A DNA stretch of 63,908 nucleotides, filler included, from an uncultured Synergistales bacterium (lineage in GTDB: Bacteria; Synergistota; Synergistia; Synergistales; Aminobacteriaceae): the NCBI GenBank assembly GCA_937897575.1. It is 10 parts of 10 records of this genome, joined end to end, with 100 filler letters (N's around TTAATTAATTAA, not from the genome) between each part and the next. Parts side by side here need not be neighbours in the genome. Positions count along the whole stretch, not along the records: positions 60,483 to 62,347 come from CALCQG010000161.1; positions 62,448 to 63,908 come from CALCQG010000172.1; 8 more parts are not named here. One strand, given 5' to 3'. The notes under the pieces are model-generated. The model searched no databases and had not been told where the DNA came from. It was given only the letters and a program-made list of their open reading frames with translations. The first letter of the stretch is position 1. Each line of letters starts with the position of its first letter. A program made the translations under genes and the position numbers. Below are positions 60,594 to 63,908 of this stretch, in pieces.

Positions 60594-61508
60594 TCACGGA
60601 CGGGGCGACAGGCCGGCCCGCTCCACCACCTCGGGCACGATGTCCTCCCACCCTATGGCCATTATATGGATGCCGTGCACGCCCTTGATGGTTCGCAGAT
60701 GCTCGATCGTCTCCAGGCATATCCTCACGCCCTCCTTCTTCGGTTCAGAGGCGTTCTTCATGCGCTCCACCACCTCGTCGGGAACGGACATTCCGGAGAC
60801 CTTGTTCTTCATGTAGATGGCTGCCTTGGCCGACCTGAGCGGGATGACCCCCGCGAGGATGTGCACCCTCTCATCCAGGCGTTTGTCCTGCACGTGCTCC
60901 ATGAACCTCTCGAAACGGTCCAGGTCGAACACTGCCTGGGTCTGCACGAACTCCGCGCCGGCGGCGACCTTCTTGGCCAGGCGTACGACCCGCAGGTCGA
61001 AAGGATCGGCGAACGGGTTGGCCACCGCTCCCAGGTAGACGTTCGGAGCCTCATCAAGGGCGTCCCCTCCCCACACCTTGCCCTCGTCCCTCATTTGGCG
61101 GAACACCGTCAGCTCCTGCACCGGGTCAATGTCGTAGACGCTCTTTGCTTCCCTCTGGTTGCCGAACCGCGGATGGTCCCCCGACAGGCACAGGACGTTG
61201 CGCACTCCCAGGGCGGCCGCGCCAAGCAGGTCCGACTGCAGGGCGATGCGGTTGCGGTCCCGGCAGGTCATCTGCACCACTGGCTCCACCCCTTCCTGGA
61301 TGCACAGGGCGGCCGACGCCACGCTGCTGAGCCGGACGATGGCCGTCTGATTGTCGGTGAGGTTGAACGCGTCGGCACTCCCCTTCAGCAGACGGGCGCG
61401 CTGCCGGACGGCATCGCCGCTGGCCGATCTGGGGGGCCCGATCTCGGCGGTGACGGCGAAGCGACCGGAGTCCAGGACCCGGTGCAGATTGCTGCGGTGC
61501 GCCGTCAT
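60594..61508 (-). CDS. metF: Methylenetetrahydrofolate reductase, catalytic subunit
   Basis: TAEIGPP, NLTDNQ, CRDRNRIALQSDL, CLSGDH, KKVAAGAEFVQTQ. Confidence 0.93.
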   Translation of the reverse strand: MTAHRSNLHRVLDSGRFAVTAEIGPPRSASGDAVRQRARLLKGSADAFNLTDNQTAIVRLSSVASAALCIQEGVEPVVQMTCRDRNRIALQSDLLGAAALGVRNVLCLSGDHPRFGNQREAKSVYDIDPVQELTVFRQMRDEGKVWGGDALDEAPNVYLGAVANPFADPFDLRVVRLAKKVAAGAEFVQTQAVFDLDRFERFMEHVQDKRLDERVHILAGVIPLRSAKAAIYMKNKVSGMSVPDEVVERMKNASEPKKEGVRICLETIEHLRTIKGVHGIHIMAIGWEDIVPEVVERAGLSPRP

Positions 61509-62188
61509 GTTTCCTCATCCTCCAGCACGGCCCTTTTCCTCACGATGCGCCGCGGCCCGCCGTGCCCGGACGGCGTCCAGTCCTTCGGAGGTATGTTCAC
61601 CTCCAGCAGCTCGGCATGTCCCAGGCGGAGCAGTGAGCGATATATCATGTCCCAGGCGCATGGGGTTTCGGGGTCGATCTCGCACCTGCCGCCCTGGGAG
61701 CCTCCGCACGGGCCGTTGAGGAGCGATTTGGAGCAGCGGGCCACCGGGCATATCCCGCCCGTGAGGTGGAGGACGCAATCGCCGCAGCCGCCGCACCTTT
61801 CCTCGTAGACACCCTGTTCGACGGGAGCGCCCATGTTGCTGGTGTTCAGGCCGGGGAGCGCCTGAACGTCCGGGAAGGTCTCCTGCATCACCTGTACGCC
61901 GACCCCGCAGGCCAGGGACAGGATGGCATCCTTCCCTTCCACCATGGGTGCGACCTCCCGCGTCCACTCTTTCTCGCATTGCCTTTCCACGGTCACGGTC
62001 TCGATGCTCCGTTCCAGTCCGCCCGCGGCGGCGTGCAGGCGCAGAGCCTCGGCCAGCGCCGCGACCTCGCGTTCGCCCCCCGCCTGGCACACGGCCACGC
62101 AGGAGCGGCAGCCCGCCACCAGGATGGAGCGGCGCCCTTCCAGCATCCCTATCAAGCGGGCCAGGTCCTTCCGCTCGGCGATGATCAT
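61505..62188 (-). CDS. metV: MTHFR small Fe-S subunit (MetV; MTHFR C-terminal domain)
   Basis: GCRSCVAVCQAGG, RQCE, LACGVGVQ, CGGCGDC, GGICPVARCSKSLLNGPCGG, CAW. Confidence 0.9.
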   Translation of the reverse strand: MIIAERKDLARLIGMLEGRRSILVAGCRSCVAVCQAGGEREVAALAEALRLHAAAGGLERSIETVTVERQCEKEWTREVAPMVEGKDAILSLACGVGVQVMQETFPDVQALPGLNTSNMGAPVEQGVYEERCGGCGDCVLHLTGGICPVARCSKSLLNGPCGGSQGGRCEIDPETPCAWDMIYRSLLRLGHAELLEVNIPPKDWTPSGHGGPRRIVRKRAVLEDEET

Positions 62189-62347
62189 GCGTCCCCCTCC
62201 AGAAGCTTGACGGGCCCCAGCCTCTCGGCGCGCTCCTCCATCGTTCTCATGGCGTCCACCAGCTTGACGTACTGGACCGAGGCGATCTCGACCATCTCCA
62301 CCCTGTCGGGCGATAGTCCGATCTGCCGCAGGACGCTCTTGGCCTCG
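62185..62347 (-). CDS. mvhD: MvhD/FlpD-like hydrogenase iron-sulfur subunit, C-terminal fragment
   Basis: Manual translation EAKSVLRQIGLSPDRVEMVEIASVQYVKLVDAMRTMEERAERLGPVKLLEGDA*; stop overlaps the metV ATG. Confidence 0.75.
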
Positions 62348-62447
62348 NNNNNNNNNNNNNNNNNNNNNNNNNNNNNNNNNNNNNNNNNNNNTTAATTAAT
62401 TAANNNNNNNNNNNNNNNNNNNNNNNNNNNNNNNNNNNNNNNNNNNN
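62348..62447. other. Artificial contig spacer
   Basis: N44-TTAATTAATTAA-N44. Confidence 0.99.
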
Positions 62448-63431
62448 AAGAGCCCGGACCGTGTTCTCCCCCGTGGCCTGCCCCTGGATCAGCTCGGGGT
62501 AGACATCCTCTCCGGCGAGGATGTTGGGGATGGAGACGCGGGGTGCCCGCACCATGGCCCAGCCCACGATCGCCTCGAGGGTTCCGAAGCGGTACAGGAC
62601 CGTCATGAAGCGGTCCCGCATCATGGCCTCCACCGCGAGGGTCCCGCTGGCACCGGCGGCGCAGGCCGTTCTCGCGAGGAGGTCGGCCCCCTCCCCCTCG
62701 AAGACGGCCCGTCCGCGAAGGGCCGCCCGCGCGCGCTCCCTCGCCCCCGAAGAGAGCCCCGGCGCCAGGGAGAAGACCGCTTCATAGCCGGCCCTCTCGA
62801 GACGGTCGGCGCAGTCCATGAGCGGCGGCAAGAGACGGTCGACCTCCGACCCCCTGCTCCCCGGAAAGAGGGCGACGGTTCTGTTCCCTGCCTCGGGCGG
62901 GGTCGGCACTGCCGGAAAGAGGTCCACCATGGGGTGCCCCCGCCACTCCGACGGGACGCCCCGTTCGGAGAGGAAGTCCTGTTCGAAGCGGTACAGAGGC
63001 AGGCAAAGGTCCACGTTTCGGGCAAGAAACCGGACCCTCCAGGAACGCCACGCCCAGACGGCCGGCGGGACGGCATACACCACAGGTCTTGTCCATCCGC
63101 CCTTCCTGAGGCCGGCGATGAACGGAAAGTGGAAGTCCGAACTGTCGATGACGACCACGGCCGACGGTCTCCGAGCAAGGACGGCCTCCGTGAGCCTCCT
63201 CTTGAGGTCGACGAGCCGCGGAAGCGCCGCCAGCACGCCCTTTAACCCCATGATGTGCAGCTCCGAGTAGTCGGCGACCGCTTCGCCGCCTTCGGCAACG
63301 GCCTTCGGCCCGAGCATTCCGCAGACGGCACCGTCATACCCGCCATCTCGCAGGCCCTTGATGACCCCTGCGGCATAGCCATCGCCCGAGGCCTCGCCGC
63401 AGCTGACGAAGATGCCGCCCACCTCCGGCAT
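62448..63431 (-). CDS. lpxB: Lipid-A-disaccharide synthase, 3' truncated
   Basis: IFVSCGEASGD, IDSSDF, PPAVWAWR, GHP, LFPGSR, ASGT, SIPNIL..PELIQ. Confidence 0.93.
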
Positions 63432-63908
63432 CAGGCCTCGATTCCCTCCAGGGCCATGTCGGAGGCCAGGGCGAAGGCGCGTACTTCGTCCGGGTTCAGG
63501 ATGATCGTGCGGTCCGCCTCCACGGCGAGGCACGTCAGGCCCGCCGTCCTCATCCCCTCGAGGGTCCGAAGGCCCACCACGGGGATGTCGAAGCGCTCGT
63601 CCTGGTCGGCGCGCATCATCTTCACCACGACGCCGCCCCTGCCGCCGAGGATGGCCCCTGCCCGCCGGATCATCTCGTCCGTCCCCTCCATGGCCTCCAC
63701 GGCCACGACGGAACGCTTCGCCACGACGATCGCCTGGCCGAAGGAGAGAGGCAGGATGGCCGAGAGGATCTTCCGTCCGTAGTCCACGTCCTCCCGCTCC
63801 TGGTCCGTTACGGCCCGGCCGCCGATGGGGCCGGAGGGGGCGATGGCGTCCCCGATGAAGGCCCGATACGGTATGACGGAGAACCCCGCCGCCTCGAAGG
63901 CCCCCACC
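63431..63908 (-). CDS. lpxI: UDP-2,3-diacylglucosamine diphosphatase LpxI, 5' truncated
   Basis: GQAIVV, AVEAMEGTDEMIRR, QDERFDIPVVG. Confidence 0.92.
   Translation of the reverse strand, partial: VGAFEAAGFSVIPYRAFIGDAIAPSGPIGGRAVTDQEREDVDYGRKILSAILPLSFGQAIVVAKRSVVAVEAMEGTDEMIRRAGAILGGRGGVVVKMMRADQDERFDIPVVGLRTLEGMRTAGLTCLAVEADRTIILNPDEVRAFALASDMALEGIEA

Overview
The window is not one locus. It is ten short contigs of a GC-rich bacterial draft genome or bin, joined by nine artificial 100-nt spacers (N44-TTAATTAATTAA-N44), so adjacency across a spacer means nothing. Gene content combines a diderm LPS envelope (kdsA/D/B, waaA, lpxB, lpxI) with Firmicutes-like traits (Prp-processed L27, L10 leader attenuator, LCP protein) and anaerobic metabolism (4-subunit 2-oxoacid:ferredoxin oxidoreductase, TRAP transporters, MvhD-MetV-MetF). 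This fits Synergistota best (inference). Most genes are housekeeping: tuf-rpmG-tRNA-Trp-secE-nusG-rplKAJL, tRNA-Val, wecB-murA-uppS-cdsA-dxr-rseP, rib genes, mltG-tldD-ftsK, rplU-prp-rpmA-obgE-nadD-LCP-rsfS and tpiA. I saw no CRISPR array, prophage, integrase or transposase. The best candidates for undescribed biology are: (1) a deoxyhypusine-synthase-fold protein, apparently lacking the catalytic Lys, coupled inside the Kdo operon; (2) a CoA-transferase/HMGL-like lyase/TRAP/ICL-family lyase/GntR/POR catabolic operon; (3) two tandem tail-less SSB/PriB-like OB-fold paralogs; (4) a DUF5714-radical SAM (TrsS-like) fusion; (5) a dif-like Xer site between convergent rsfS and tpiA. The window also shows a kdsB frameshift that creates an apparent KdsB-ELM1 fusion, a probable CTG start for waaA, a hairpin-bridged SD for nusG, and inverted chimeric contig ends. 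All family assignments come from motif recognition by eye; no searches were run.
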